From IMG/VR virus record IMGVR_UViG_3300005573_001292, positions 1 through 34,755 of that record: DNA of 34,755 bases; one strand, given 5' to 3'. This document shows positions 33,572 to 34,755 of this stretch, one piece after another. Numbering within the stretch: the stretch's first letter is position 1; each line of letters opens with the position of its first letter. The notes under the pieces are model-generated. The model had not been told where the DNA came from, did not search any database, and worked only from the letters and a program-made list of their open reading frames with translations. Both the position numbers and the translations under genes were made by a program. Source of the DNA: a virus (lineage: Duplodnaviria > Caudoviricetes).

Positions 33572-34755
33572 CTGGACCACTCCAATACCAGCGCAGCACA
33601 TCAATAGTCTTGGCGACCGCTTCCTGCGTGTTGATGTAGAAGGCAGGAGCCATAGCGGTGGTGGTGGCAACGTTAGTGTTAATGCTTACGTCTGTACCAT
33701 CATCCAGGTTGAACACGATAGTGCCCGACGTCGTAGAGCGAATTCTGAGTTTGTGCCAGTTTGTGTCCACCGCCACCCCAGATGCAATACGAGTGCCATT
33801 TGTTCCGTTGTACGTAGAGAAAACAAATTGTGTATCGCCCGCGGTTGTGTCGAAACTGAGTCCAATGTGAGCATTGGCCCAAGGGTCATACATACTACCC
33901 TTTAGGTAACCGACGAACATTTTCACGTTGGAGGTGGTGTACAGACGGAAGCGAAATATCGAATCCCAGCCAGCATAGCTTCCGATCGCGCCGACCACCG
34001 TGCCCGTTGTCCCAACGCTACCAAGGAGGATGGCACAGTAGCTGCCGCTCGTTGCAGCGCTGGATAACCGTACCGCCTTTGACCCGTTGCCAGTGCCAAC
34101 ATGGCTTACCGTGCCGCTGCTGCAGGACAGTTCCCATCCGTAGGTGCCTATGCTGTTCGATGTGGTTGCTTTATTCGGGAAATTCTCACGATACCAGAGA
34201 ACGGCCTCATCCAGCGCGTTGAAGCTCCCTCCACCTCCGCTCACCGTAGATGGTTTCCACTTCGACTCAGCTGCGCTCCACACCAGGGCCTGCCCGTCGC
34301 TTGGCGCTTCGCTCGATACCGTTCGTCCCTGAAGCCGTACTACCGTCGCCGCTGTAAGATCGCCTGTGACATCACCACCCAGGCTGTGGGAATGCGAGCG
34401 GTCCGCCTTTTGGTTCAGGGCTGACCACAAATCCCCCTGCGCGCTGAGGTCGCCCGTAATGCTGCCCCAGCTTACCGCGTCGCCGGCACTGGCTACGGCG
34501 CGCCAGCTACTGCCCGCACCGCAAAAATACAGCCGCTGCGCTGCCAGATCTACGTAGTAATCCCCGCCCGCCTGGCAGTTCCCTGTCGGCGCACCAATTC
34601 CCGTCGAGTAACTCGGCACGGTAGCTGCATCCACGCTGATGCTTCTCCCCGCGATCAGCACCCCCGCGCCCGGGTCGTATTGCCCCTCGGGAGCGCGGGC
34701 CTCCCACATCCCGGTGACCGCGCTCCATCTTAGCACGTCCCCCTCGCTGGGCGTG
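33561..34755 (-). CDS. tail-fibre-like protein, 3' part (starts beyond the window)
   Basis: frame open to the edge; repeated PS.G..L.W motifs, W..ITG....Q.DL..AL..K...HSH tail repeat, C-terminal lectin-like beta domain. Confidence 0.65.
   Translation of the reverse strand, partial: TPSEGDVLRWSAVTGMWEARAPEGQYDPGAGVLIAGRSISVDAATVPSYSTGIGAPTGNCQAGGDYYVDLAAQRLYFCGAGSSWRAVASAGDAVSWGSITGDLSAQGDLWSALNQKADRSHSHSLGGDVTGDLTAATVVRLQGRTVSSEAPSDGQALVWSAAESKWKPSTVSGGGGSFNALDEAVLWYRENFPNKATTSNSIGTYGWELSCSSGTVSHVGTGNGSKAVRLSSAATSGSYCAILLGSVGTTGTVVGAIGSYAGWDSIFRFRLYTTSNVKMFVGYLKGSMYDPWANAHIGLSFDTTAGDTQFVFSTYNGTNGTRIASGVAVDTNWHKLRIRSTTSGTIVFNLDDGTDVSINTNVATTTAMAPAFYINTQEAVAKTIDVLRWYWSGPDVR

Noticed and set aside
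1-34755. tRNA/rRNA genes, integrase, transposase, introns or inteins
   Set aside because: None recognisable by eye; polymerase, helicase and RecA lengths leave no room for inteins

Overview
A ~35 kb piece of a dsDNA tailed-phage genome (no capsid, terminase or integrase in view), in four blocks. (1) Minus strand, 1-16.0 kb: a near-complete replication/recombination module (DnaB helicase, primase, 5'-3' exonuclease, sigma factor, beta-clamp-like protein, family A DNA polymerase with an N-terminal UDG-like domain, UvsY-like protein, SSB, RecA, clamp loader, a single-polypeptide SbcD-SbcC fusion, Holliday junction resolvase). (2) A structured non-coding divergence point at ~16.35-16.7 kb, a candidate origin. 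(3) Plus strand, 16.7-26.0 kb: a thymine-hypermodification cluster (glycosyltransferase, aGPT-Pplase1-family protein, dUMP hydroxymethylase-like protein, HD hydrolase), SF2 helicase, divergent RNase HII and a stand-alone TSCPD domain. This block also holds the most striking locus: a lone Cas7/RAMP-like gene plus a ParB-like gene, flanked by three non-coding same-strand arrays of strict GGC-NN pentamers, two of them followed by hairpins. I read this as a candidate non-CRISPR RNA-guided system. (4) Minus strand, 26.0-34.8 kb: a lysis cassette with an embedded subtilisin, a large lyase-like protein and a tail-fibre-like gene. All family assignments come from motif recognition by eye; no database search was run.
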